Both the position numbers and the translations under genes were made by a program. A stretch of DNA of 64,000 nt from Chrysomallon squamiferum (lineage: Eukaryota; Animalia; Mollusca), in contig CM022670.1 in the NCBI GenBank assembly GCA_012295275.1, forward strand, positions 38,192,001 to 38,256,000. Reading direction: 5' to 3'. Below are positions 1-11,790 of the stretch, piece by piece (the first letter of the stretch is position 1; each line of letters begins with the position of its first letter). Below the pieces are notes generated by a model. That model saw only the letters and a program-made list of their open reading frames with translations, was not told the DNA's origin and made no database searches.

Positions 1-760
1 ATAATAATAATAATAAAATGTTACTGATGTCATAGAGAATTTGATAACTGAAGAATTTATTTTAACGATAAAAGTACACAGATTGAAGATACACAGAACA
101 GCACAGAATGATTCATGAAATTGTTACAGTAAAAATAACAGATAATTATCTGATAAAATCAGTTGATGTTGAAGACAATCAAATTGTGAGAACTCGAGAA
201 ACAGTAAAAGTGTAAATATAGAACAAAAGAAATTCTCAGATGTACTTATCTATGTATGAGAAAAAAAAACACCAAGAAAACGTTATGGCATAAATAATGA
301 ATAAATAATGAAGACACAGTTGTGAGTTCATAATTATTCATGTACCAATAACAGAAGAACTGTGGATAATTCAAGTAAAAGATTACAGTACAAAATTACA
401 AAGGAAAAAGAAAGATTATTGATGTTCAGACCAGAGAGAAAAATTCAAGGAATATTTATGGTTACAAATAAATTATGGAAGAAAGGTTTTTGAAGAAGCA
501 TAAATCAAAGAATAAAGTCAAGAATTTACTAATAACTGAAACACTGTGATAAAGATGTTTGTATGTTTACATCTGTGTATAAATAAAAAGATACTGAACA
601 ACAGGAATAAAATTTGTTTAAGAAATTAAGGTACAAATAAGAATTGGATAATGAAATAAATTTTGAAATTTTAAACGTATCTATGTATAAACAGAAAAAA
701 GTAAAGAAAAACTCAAGAAATGTATGTATGATGATATACATTAATGTACAGAATAAATCA

Positions 761-1083
761 AGAAATGACTATGATACAAACAACACATCACTAATAAAAG
801 AAATATTGACATATATTAACATACAGAAAGAAACAGAATAAAAAAAAAAATGACTATGATACAAATAACTCATGATTAATAAAAGAAATATTGACATATA
901 TTAACATACATAAAGAAACGGAATAAATGAAGAAATGACTATGATACAAACAACACATCACTAATAAAAGAAATACTGACATACATTAACATACAGAAAG
1001 AAACAGAATAACTTCAACAAATGACTACGACACAGAAAACCCAGCACTAACAAAGCGAACACTGACTCGTATTAACATGCAGA
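761..1083. repeat. ~85-bp tandem repeat, ~4 copies
   Basis: ATGACTATGATACAAACAACACATCACTAATAAAAGAAATA(T/C)TGACATA.ATTAACATACAGAAAGAAACAGAATAA recurs at ~765, 850, 935 and 1021; copies 1 and 3 are nearly identical. Confidence 0.9.
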
Positions 1084-1579
1084 TTATTAATAAAAGAATT
1101 ATTCAAGAAACGGTCAAGGAACAGAGACAAACAATGGAAGAAGCCATCCATTAGGTTTGATGCACTTCAAACAGGCTGCCCCATCATAAACACCTGCACA
1201 CTGAGGTGATCAATCCCCCATTGCCCACACAGAGTGATTCATTTCAAGTAACTTACAAACACAGGACAGACAGCATTGCTGCTGATTACCAGGGACTGAT
1301 GAAGATGTCTCCCAGCAAGATGAAAAATATTTTATATTCCTGTTCCACACTGTAGACTAGGAGCCAGGCATAAATATTTCTGCTTGTTGTATCAAAATGT
1401 GATTTGCCGAAAAATAATCACCATCAAATCTGGAGATTTATGTAAATTTGTCATAAATGTATGTTTGTCAGTGTTTGGGGAAGATGGCTACCTCTTGGTT
1501 TTGTTTGTGTTTTTTTTTGATAGTTTGTGTTATTGGGTGAAGAGGGCAATATACTGTGCTGTAATCACTGGTTTAATTA

Positions 1580-1910
1580 CAAGGAATATAGTTTATGTAG
1601 TTTTAGTCTTAGTCTCAAGGAATATGTTATAAATAGTGTTAGTCCCAAGGAATATTTTATATGTAGTTTTATTTTCAAGTAATATGCTATACATAGTTTT
1701 ATTTTTAAGGAATATGCTATATGTAGTTTTATTTTCAAGGAATATGCTATATACAGTTTTAGTCTCAAGGAATGTCCTACATGGAGTTTTAGTTTCAAGG
1801 AATATGCTATATATAGTTTTAGTTTCAAGGAATATGCTATATATAGTTTTAGTTTCAAGGAATATGCTATATATAGTTTTAGTCTTAAGGTAAATGGCAT
1901 ATATAGTTTG
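1580..1910. repeat. 30-bp minisatellite, ~11 copies
   Basis: CAAGGAATATGCTATATATAGTTTTAGTYT repeated; explains the 10-aa periodic ORFs at 1577-1900 and 1636-1893. Confidence 0.95.
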
Positions 1911-2334
1911 AAATTAGTAATGCTATAATCACTGTTTCCATCTTAATGAATATTGAGGATGGATTCTCTCTTTCAGAATACATTTTTGCTAGGATGTTAG
2001 ATAATATATTTCCCATGTATAATTACTAAATAATATAAATACAGATATGATATATATTAATTCTTTGAATATTGTAAATACAGTTTCATTGGAGGCTTTT
2101 ATTCATGAATTTAGAAAATATATGTATATGCAGATACTGAAAAAAAGAGTCATTTTTTATTAAAAATATGTATAATAAATTTAGATGATGAATATAATTG
2201 AACTACCACAAATTATCAGTTCACTCTTTACTTATTTCTGTTAATCTTTTTCTAGTTATTGTTTCATTTGGTTTTGTTTGTGTTAGTGAAAATAAATTAT
2301 CATTTGTCATGAAATCATTATTTTGAATCTAAAT

Positions 2335-2770
2335 ACTATCATTCCATAACTAACAATAATAATTATTAATTTGTAAAATAAATCTAAATAAAATAAGTTT
2401 AACATTATTTAATTAAGATTATCTATAATTGATTTGCAAAATAAACCTAAATAAAATGATATTTATGTCATTCCAGAACTAATATTAATTATAATTAATT
2501 TGTAAAATAAAATAAATAAAATAATATGTTTAACATTTTAACATTCTAACATTAATTATAATTAATTTGCAAAAATAAACCTAAATAAAATAATAATAAA
2601 CTTTAATTATAATTAATTTGTAAAATAAATCTAAATTAAACACTACATTTATCAATTAATTAAAAAAATATTATCATTCCACAACTAACATCAATTATAA
2701 TTAAAAATTTTTTATAAAAATAAACCTACATAAATATACATATATTTATCATTTCATAATTAACATTAAC
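2335..2770. repeat. Degenerate AT-rich tandem repeat (~50-70 bp unit)
   Basis: Recurring ATTAATTATAATTAATTTG(T/C)AAAATAAA(T/C)CTAAATAAAAT and CATTCCA.AACTAA motifs. Confidence 0.7.
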
Positions 2771-2828
2771 TACAGCTAATTAAGAAAACAAAGGTAGATA
2801 AAAAATAAAATAAAAAAACATCACCTAC

Positions 2829-2939
2829 CATGAAACCCTTGTACCATTGCTTGATTTCAGATTTACAGAAGTTGGTGTTCTGCACAAGGAAGTCGATGTC
2901 TTCCTTCAAGAGCTTCTGGCCGCTGTTGTTGTTTCCCAT
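2829..2939 (-). CDS. First coding exon of a neuronal calcium sensor (NCS-2/neurocalcin-like, recoverin-family EF-hand protein); gene continues left of the window
   Basis: 37 codons MGNNNSGQKLLKEDIDFLVQNTNFCKSEIKQWYKGFM. N-myristoylation motif M-G-x-x-x-S. KL..ED..FL..NTNF...EIK.WYKGF matches the NCS N-terminus, closest from memory to C. elegans NCS-2 ([29 protein letters not shown]). Phase-0 donor ATG|GTAGGT at 2828, just before the expected DCP.G of EF-1. Confidence 0.93.
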
Positions 2940-3010
2940 GTCTCTCACCTAGCTGTAACCTGCAGGCAGAAACAGAGTTCACTTAACAACACACCTGTGA
3001 AACAAACCCA
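2940..3010 (-). other. Spliced 5' UTR part of the NCS exon with a cluster of 3' splice acceptors
   Basis: Minus strand reads GGTTTGTTTCACAG|GTGTG (exon start 2994) and CTCTGTTTCTGCCTGCAG|GTTACAG|CTAG|GTGAGAGACATG (starts 2959, 2952, 2948). In-frame TAG at 2951-2949. Confidence 0.7.
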
Positions 3011-3954
3011 GATATTTTAACTTTATGTAGTTCGGTTATTGGATTTCAGATATAACTGGAGATTATGTAAATGCACTGATGACTAGTAATAATATTGATG
3101 GCAATGATGTTGATGATAACAATAACAATTAAAATAATAATAAAAATAAAATAATAATATTAGTGGTAATGGTACTTTTCTTAAAAATGTCTACACATAC
3201 CATACTCATACATAATGTAGTAGTAGTAGTAGTAGTAGTAGTAGTAATAGCAGTAGTAGTAATAACAATAATAACATAATGAAAAAATATAATGCCTATA
3301 TATTAACCTGTGCTTACAAAAAAACATACACACACACACATAGACACCTGTACATACATACAAAAGCATATACAGATACATATAAATAAATAGACACACA
3401 CACTTTCATATACATATGAAAACCAAACACAACATGCACATTCAACATTATGTCTGTTTAATGTAAATACACTACAGGGTATAGATACATGTTTGTGTGT
3501 GTGTGCTATTGTTATTATTAGCAGCAATATTGATATTTATATATGTGTGTGTGTGTGTGTGGTGTGTGTGTGTGTGTGTGTGTAACTGTATGCATGTGTA
3601 TGTGTGTGTATATATTGCTGCTGCTAATGATGATGATAATAATGATAATAACACACACACAGACATGTGTTTATATATATATATATGTATATATAGACAA
3701 ACAGCCTTTACTAATGGTTCAGCAAAACCCTTTATCATACTGACCTGACAACAATCAATGTTTTGTAACTCAGCGAGCTTCTGCCACTGATTATTAATAT
3801 ACTTTTTTTTTTTTCTAAGTATAGATCTTTAAAACAGCAATCATTCTACACAGGGAAAATCTTGAATATTAAAAAAAAAAAAAAAAATGATTCTGTCATG
3901 TTATTTCCGTAACATAGCTCTATCAATATTATAGATGTGAAAATTAGAAACATA

Positions 3955-4161
3955 CAGTCGAACCTGTCTATAATGGCCACTCAAAAGTGGTTGTCATAAA
4001 CAGGTGGTTGTTATACAGTGTTGAAAAATATGATTTTTTTTTTTTTTTCTGGGGCAAGAATTTAAAGACGGCCTTCATAGACAGGTGGCCTTTATAGACA
4101 AGACGGTTATCTTAGAGAGGTGACCATTATACTGAGGTGTCCATTAAAGCAGGTTTGATTG
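3955..4161. mobile_element. MITE of Tc1/mariner (pogo/Tigger-like) type
   Basis: TA|CAGTCGAACCTGTCTATAATGGCCAC ... GTGTCCATTAAAGCAGGTTTGATTG|TA: imperfect ~26-bp TIRs starting CAGT, TA target duplications (3953-3954, 4162-4163), internal ~16-17 bp ACAGGTGGYCNTTATAG subrepeats, no ORF. Confidence 0.85.
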
Positions 4162-4698
4162 TAATCATCAAGAACATCGAGAAACCTAATTGTGAAACAA
4201 ATACAAATAATAAAAGGCTTTGTACAGATCAAATACTGCTGGTATCTATCTGGTGTGAGTAAATACAGAGTATAATGGATATTTGGTCAATATTGACTGA
4301 CCAAGGATGCCATTATAAAAGATATTGTCACTGTCCTTGTAATCATTTCTTGAATTACTTTTTTTTGGTGTTTGTGGTCTACTTTAGTAACTTACTTAGT
4401 TTTTAGTTTAGATAAATAAGATTTCTGAAATATGCTGTGAGCTTTAAAAAAATCTTTACTGATTTAGGATATTTTATAGTAGAGTTTACCATTTTTTCAC
4501 AAGAAAATACAGAATTAAAAAAATATAATTATGAAAAAAAAAAAAAATGACGTTGATGTAATACATTTAAGCATTATACATTTTGTTTGTTTGTTTGTTT
4601 GTTTTGAATATATTTAATTTATTTTCCCATCTTTCCAAAAATATCAACAAATAAATCATATATTACTCAAAAATATTTACTGACATATTATATTTTAC

Positions 4699-4735
<37 letters not shown>

Positions 4736-4987
4736 GTAATCTAGTGTGCTGTTTATTATTATTGTTGTTTTAACCCATAATTTGCTGTTTTATCAAAAAG
4801 ATAAAGTGTAGATAATGTTAGCTAAAAGCTAAAAAGAATCTGCATCATCTGATTTTCAGAAATCTATTTTGTGTTTAAAGACCACAACATGGAGAAGCCC
4901 ATCATTACAAAAATGACAAACATCATATAAAGACTGAGTCATGTAAATCAAAAAATTTGCAATGAAATAAGAATTAAAAAAGGTTAA

Positions 4988-5022
<35 letters not shown>

Positions 5023-5514
5023 AAAGTAATCATCATAATCAAAATTAATAAAAATTAAGATAGAAAAAAAAAAAAACATCATCAAAATATAAATGAAAAA
5101 AACAAATAGACCCCAAAAAAATATGAGAAAAAAAGGCTAAAATAAATTGTTAAATGTAGAATAATCACCATAATGTATAAAATACAAAATATCAACAACA
5201 ATAACAGAGACAATATATCTGTCTGTCTTATTTATCATTCTCGCTATCTCTATATGTACACATACATACATACATACATATATATATACGTACATACATA
5301 TATATAATGTCTCTCTCTTTCTTACTAATTCTTTCCAACTTCCCATTACTCTGTCTTTTTCCCTCTTTTGCTACATACACAATTGGATAAAATACAAAGA
5401 TAAATGTATTACAAACATACACATACTAACAAATAAACATATACAGAAATAAATATTCAGATTAACACATCACAGTAATAAATGCTATAGCTCACAAACT
5501 CATAATGAAAGTAA

Positions 5515-5770
5515 TTAGTTCTATAAACACTTACTGCTAGAACGCTAGAACTTACAAACACATCATAATAACAAACACTCCTATAAACATTAACTTCTAT
5601 AAGTTACAAACACTCCTAAAAGCATTAACTTCTATAACATGATAATAACAAACACTCCAAGAAACATTAACTTCTATTAATTACAAACACATCATAACAT
5701 CAAACACTTCTATTAACATTAACTTCTACAATGTAAACACCACATCATAGTAATAAAATTTGTCTACAAA
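5515..5770. repeat. Degenerate short tandem repeat
   Basis: Recurring AACATTAACTTCTATAA and TTACAAACAC(A/T)(T/C)CATAA motifs. Confidence 0.7.
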
Positions 5771-5786
5771 CACAGCCGTAACTTAC

Positions 5787-6660
5787 TTCAGTTAGTAGTG
5801 TAAATCCACACAGGTATATTTCCTAGTAAAGGTAACCATTAATAACAGCTTCATTCACATGTCTATCAGTTACATTCACAGCACAAGCCCTGAATCCATA
5901 TCAGTTTGTACAACTTCACACCGCAACAAAACAGAAAAAAAAAACCACACACAGAATCTCCCGCCAGTTCAGTACAATACGTTAAAAAATAATAATAAGA
6001 GAAAAAAAAGAAGAAAAAAAAAACTCTGCAGTTCTCAGTGTAGTGTGAAAAATCTACAAAGTACAGATGATATAGCACAACCAACAGTCGATGTTCAAGA
6101 TTAAAACTGATGCTAAAACAATCAGTAGAAATAGTTAACACTATTTCTCACAGTTTCTTCAGTCAATGTATCTTAGTCAAAAACTAAATGTTCAAACAAT
6201 CATTAGAAACAGTAAATAATATTCCTCAGAGTTACTTAGTCAAAAATTAATGTTGAAACAATCACTAGAAACAGTTTACAATATTCCTTTGAGTGTCTTC
6301 AGTCTCTTGTTTTTGTTTTGGGAGGGACTAAAACTAACAATCTCTAGAAACAATTTACGGTATTCCTCAAGAGTTTCTTCGGTCTCCGTGCCTTCTTACT
6401 ACAAAATGCTACACACAAGTTTGTCCAGCAACTCTGCGAGCTTGCGATAGGGAAATAAAAATCAATGTTTCAGTGCAGAACTAGTCCTCCAACACAACTC
6501 TTAAATTGTGGCGACTTATGTGCATTATGTTCTAAATGGAATAATTCAGTAAGTTATGTAGATTGGTTCATTGGCTTTTCACTGGTATGATGTAAACGGG
6601 ACGCGCATGAGTATTAACAAGGAACGGTAATTAAAGGTTTTCATCACTCAGCCAATCAGA
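5787..6660 (-). promoter_or_regulatory. Candidate proximal promoter and non-coding first exon of the NCS gene
   Basis: Minus-strand donor GAA|GTAAGT (ACTTAC 5781-5786); CpG-richer sequence at ~6370-6720; CCAAT boxes at ~6562, ~6570 (ATTGG) and ~6652 (GCCAATCA). Confidence 0.35.
6100..6385. repeat. ~65-85-bp degenerate tandem repeat, ~4 copies
   Basis: AAAA(C/T)TAA(A)TGTT.AAACAATCA.TAGAAACAGT...ATATTCCTCA.AGTTTCTTCAGTC recurs. Confidence 0.75.
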
Positions 6661-7759
6661 AGTACCCTGGTGAACTGTGGGTGCCAACGTTCTGGGTGTG
6701 GAATCATTAGCGGGGATTATCTCTGCAACTATTAACTCTTTTGCAGGCCACCAACACCATCACCACCACCAACACCACTGGTTTCTAGGCTGGAACAGTT
6801 TTGCTGAAAAATGAGTTGATCCTTCCTAGCTGAATTTTTAGTTATGACTGTATAAAATTATTTTATTTTTTAGCAGGGGTACCTTTTGTCAACAGAAGAT
6901 CATTTAGGTATATGAAAAGTCATTTAGGTATACACCTGTACAATGCAAAATTCCAGTGTAAAAAAAAAAGAAGAAATTAACTTAAATAAAAATCGTTAGA
7001 GTATAAAAGGTAATTCTTTACGTGCCAGAGTTCTAGATATAACTATATAATATGAAAAAAATAAAAAAATAAATTATCTCTTTCCTAGCTAAGTTGTGGT
7101 TATAATTGTATTTTTTCATTAGTTGAAGTAGTCTACAGGCCAATGTTCAGGTGTGGAATCATACAGAGTGGATTATCACAGAACCTGTTAATGCTGTGCA
7201 AGCTAATGTTCTTGATACACCAGAATTATCAGTGAAAGAGAAAAATAAGAAAAATGTATCTCTTTCCACTCCAACTTTTAGTTATATCTGTATCTGTTTA
7301 TTTGTCCAGAATATTTTAGAAGTAACCTGGTGAAATTCAAGCCAGTATGTTGGGTATAATATCACTGTTTATTATTATTATTATTATTATAAAAATACCT
7401 CTGTGCTAGCTTATTTTTAGCTGTAACAGTAATTAATATTATAATAATATGACAGATTGGAAACATTTCCTTAATTAACTAATAATATCATAACAGTTGG
7501 AGCTAGAAAGACATTTTAACATGATTATCATGTCTGCCATCTTGATTACAAGAATCTGTATTAATTAGCTAAAAGAACTGTACATCTTACAACTAACTTC
7601 CCAGTCAGATCTGAAGTGAAGCCATTACCAAGATACGATCTAACAACCTGCAGTCATTAAAACCATTGACTTAACCATTATCCCTTTTGATGTCAACTTG
7701 AGTGAGTTGAGAGCTTGCCAGAGACATCAAGAACCACTCAATTAATTCTCCTCATTAGG

Positions 7760-7985
7760 CTAATTCCCATTCCAACCTGTGCTCCTTTTTTTTTTTTAAA
7801 TTTGGTGCATGAAAAGCCATGGTATGTGCTATGAGTCAGTTACATATAAAACATCTCTCAATGGTAATGAGTAACAACAGTGGTTAAGAATTCCCTCTTT
7901 CGTATGATTATATTGCACACACAAAACCGTATGCCCGGCACCTAATAATCATTACTGCGTAAAAGCCTTGAGGTGTCATTATATA
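7760..7985 (+). mobile_element. Decayed tRNA-SINE with Meta/MESC-like core
   Basis: TTCCCATTCCAACCTGTGCTCC...AAAGCCATGGTATGTGCTAT...CATATAAAACATCTC resembles the recalled core TTCCAGCCAGTGCTCCAC...AAAGGCCGTGGTATGTGCTATCCTGTCTGTGGGATGGTGCATATAAAAGATCCCTTGCTGCT, and the other copies in this window. Confidence 0.6.
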
Positions 7986-8220
7986 AATACTCAAATATAT
8001 AAATATTCATTCATTTTACTGATGTGGCTGGTGTGAGTACTGGGAGACAGTTTAATACGAGAAGGAGGCTCAGGGGTGGTGTGTGAGGTGTTACTGACAA
8101 TTAGAAGCCAGTACATTAATTTGCGTTTCCAAGATGGTGTGGGTGAGTTGCTAACACCAGTAACCACAGAGTATGTATTTTCCTCTCTGAGTATCACTTA
8201 ACAATGGTCTCTGCAGATAC

Positions 8221-8414
8221 ATAACAATAAACAGTGGTCAAGATGTAAATAACAATAAACACTGGTCAAGATGTAAATAATACTAAACAGTGGTCAAGAT
8301 GTAAATAATACTAAACAGTGGTCAAGATGTAAATAACAATAAACAGTGGTCAAGATGTAAATAACAATAAACACTGGTCAAGATGTAAATAATAATAGAC
8401 AGTGGTCAAAATGT
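8221..8414. repeat. 28-bp minisatellite, ~7 copies
   Basis: ATAACAATAAACA(G/C)TGGTCAAGATGTAA repeated almost perfectly. Confidence 0.95.
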
Positions 8415-8533
8415 TATTTCTTGTTAGGAATCATTGATTATCTGAATGTCTGAAGGTGTCATGAATTAATTCTTCTTGTTTTTTAAGGATCAGATCAGTT
8501 TGTATGAATTATACTTTTAAACCAGTAACTACA

Positions 8534-8575
<42 letters not shown>

Positions 8576-11353
8576 CTTGTTTAAATCATTGATTATATAT
8601 CTTAACTTTCAGGTGGGACAAATAGATAGCAAACAATGGTTGCAATATCAATTCTGGGGGAGGAATCACAAAAATTTGAATGCCAGGAGTTGTCATGAAT
8701 TGATAGGATTTTCTAACGATTAACTAAAAAGACTGAAAAGTCACGTTGACATTGGTGTGTGAAAACTTCAAAGAACTTCTTATCAGATATTTTAGTTCAA
8801 ACCTTTCAGAAAAGAAAATCCAGCAGACCAAATAGACTTATTTTATCTGACCTTTTGTAACCAGCTGAGGTTAAAATTCGTTTTTCCTGCCTTTTTATTT
8901 ATTTTTATTTTTATTTTTTTACAGAATCAGTGATATGAAGTACAGCAGATTACTTATTTCAATAACTTCTCTGAGAATTCGTGGTTCCGCCATCTTTATC
9001 AAAGGCTTTGGTACATGTCATTCTTTAAATGGAAAAAATGCTTTTAAAAGATTTTTTTTTTTTTTTTTTTTTTCAAATTAAAAGTTACCCAATCAATGGC
9101 ATGGGAAGTTTACTACTCAAAATATCAAAAAAAAATTCCATTCTACTCCCACCAAAAGAAGAGTTTGATAAAAGATTACTGGTGTGTGACATGTGTATTA
9201 TCTTTAACAGACAACAAAATACTGAAGGATTTGGATGATCAGTTCTACATCCAGTGGTTGTGAAATTACGGTTCATCGGAGTTTGCCATGTTCTGCTTCT
9301 AACAAAATCTCGTCTTTGGGTTCATCATTAAGTGAATAATCAGAATATATCAGTGATGTTATGTGAGTGTGAAGGGATCTGAAACAAGAGTGAATAAGCA
9401 GGTTTTGTTGTCAAGTGGATCTCTGTTTTGCTTTTTTTTTAATCTATTATTTATTAATGTTATTGTTCAGTTTATTGATGGGTGTTGAGAATATTCGTTT
9501 TCATTCACTGAAGAAGAGATTATAGCCTTCTGGAAAAAAATATTATGAGATAATCTACTCATATATATTAAAAAACTTTACTTCTTTTCTTTTTTTCTTT
9601 TTCTTTTTTTTTTTTTTTTCTTTTCTTTTTTTTTATGTTGGATAGATCATTCTTAAATAAAAACATAAAAAGGAAAAAGGAAAATCATAAAAAAAAGAGA
9701 AAAACATTAAAATATGGATTCTCTGAAAGAAATGGATACTCAAATGTGGAGCATATTTTTACTAATTAGTAATTTTAGCTGAATTTTTAATTTTTTATTT
9801 TTTTTTACTTTTTTCTGGTTCTATAAACATCATAGCTGAAGTTATTTATTCAGTTTCAAATGGTTTATTTACTTTTATTTAATACTCATATTGTATTTGT
9901 TCGAACAGCATTATTTTATTGGTGAAATATATAAAGATAGGATAGATCCAAGATGATGTTATTCTATTTGATTCACTTTTTTCTTTTCTTTTTTTCTTTC
10001 TTTCTTCAGATTTTATTTATTAATACATATATATATATCATTTTTTTTTTTTTAAATGATATTTCTTTATAACTTGACAAATATTTCACATACATCCAAT
10101 TAACGTCTGAGCAAGCATGCCCAGGATGTCTGCAGACAACTGACACACTGATATATGGATGTCCATTAATATACTTGTACACCATAGCTAAAATATGTTT
10201 CTGAAGATTCTGTTAACATCAGCTGCCACGTTGATGATGTGCAGAACTAACAGAAGTGTTAACAACGATAATTAAACAAATACGAGACTAATTGCATCAC
10301 AGTGGGCAGTGGGCTGGACAAGAATTGATTAGAATGATTGGACATGATGACCAGTTGACACGAGAGAGAGTCAGCTCAGAACCTACTGTCAGGTCTCCAG
10401 GGAACAAAACAATTTTTATGTTTAATTTCATTACTCAGGATCATTGCATGTTTCTTGTCCTGTTTAGGTAGCTTTGGGTTGTGGATGGATCTCTCTCAAC
10501 ATTTTCTTTCTATTTTATTTCACTTCTCTCTCTCTCTCTGTTTCTATCTCTGTCCCAGTCTCTCTTTCATTCTCTCTCACATATCTTCTAAGTTGATTTT
10601 TTTCTCTTTAAAATTAAAACATACACACATATCTGTATCTCCAAACAGACAAACATACCCCATAACAAGCACACACCCATCCAAACCCTCATATTACCCC
10701 CCACACATACACACCAATACAAATATACATCCATACCAACTCACTCACACATACACACCAGCACATGCACACACACACCCATACGTATCCCAACATACTC
10801 AGACATCCATCCATTCACACACACACACACACACCCTCACACCAACACATCCCCAAAACATATCCAGACATACAACACTGTTTTCTCCCATTCTCAATCT
10901 TCTCTCTGTCTCAGCCCCTACTCCTCTCTCTTACTCATAATGACTCTCTTTCCTGTTCTTCTTGACAATACAACACAACTGAACTACAAACTTGTTTACC
11001 TCCACAGATTGAAAAAGAATTAAATCTGAATATGAACAGCTGTTTATTTTGAAAGATTTTCCTACTTGCAGTCAACATTATTAAAAACACACATGCAGCA
11101 GAGTTAGCCGAACGTGGCACTTGAAAGAGAAATAAAAGGAACGAAACTAAAGTTAAGTGCTGTGACATGGTAATCCTAAAGTAATAATAGCCTGGAAGTT
11201 TAAATCAATTAAATATTTCACTTCAATCCTCCTTCTAAATGTAATAAAATATTTGAAAATGTTTGCTTAACAACACAAGAAGCTGTTACCTAGGCCGATA
11301 AAGCAGCAAAATAAAAATTATGCAATTTTGTGAGTTGTTATTTGTATGTGTCA

Positions 11354-11790
11354 TTAGAATTGAGTTTTAATCTCACACAAAATTTGTGTTGTACGGTTAG
11401 AATGAGTTTTTTTAAATCTCACATAAACTGATGTTGTACGGTTCTGTACAATTATGTGAGATGGTTGTTAGAATGAGTTTTTAAAATCTCACATAAACTG
11501 ATGTTGTACGGTTCTGTACAATTACATAAGATGGTTGTTAGAAAGAGTTTTAATCTCACACAAACTAATGTTGTATGGTTTTGTACAATTATGTGAGATG
11601 GTTGTTAGAATGAGTTTTTTAAATCTCACACAAACTGATGTTGTACGGTTCTGTACAATTAACTATGTGAGATGGTTGTTTGAATGAGTTTTTTAAATCT
11701 CACACAAACTAATGTACAATTACGTGAGATGGTTGTTAGAATGAGTTTTTTTAAATCTCACACAAACTGATGCTGCACGGTTCTGTACAC
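11354..11790. repeat. ~68-70-bp tandem repeat, ~6-7 copies
   Basis: TTAGAATGAGTTTTTTAAATCTCACA(C/T)AAACTGATGTTGTACGGTTCTGTACAATTATGTGAGATGGTTG. Confidence 0.93.

Noticed and set aside
1240-1330. Possible next NCS exon (ACTTAC donor at 1251)
   Set aside because: No minus-strand frame gives the expected DCP.G/EF-hand sequence.
1577-1900. Periodic ORFs (LKLYIAYS / SRNMLYIVLV)
   Set aside because: Translations of the 30-bp minisatellite.
2766-2828. ORF-track extension VGDVFLFYFL... of the NCS ORF
   Set aside because: Read-through into the intron after the GTAGGT donor; similarity ends at KGFM.
8221-8414. CRISPR-like regular repeats (also 11354-11790 and 37890-38175)
   Set aside because: Head-to-tail units with no unique spacers, no cas genes, eukaryotic context.
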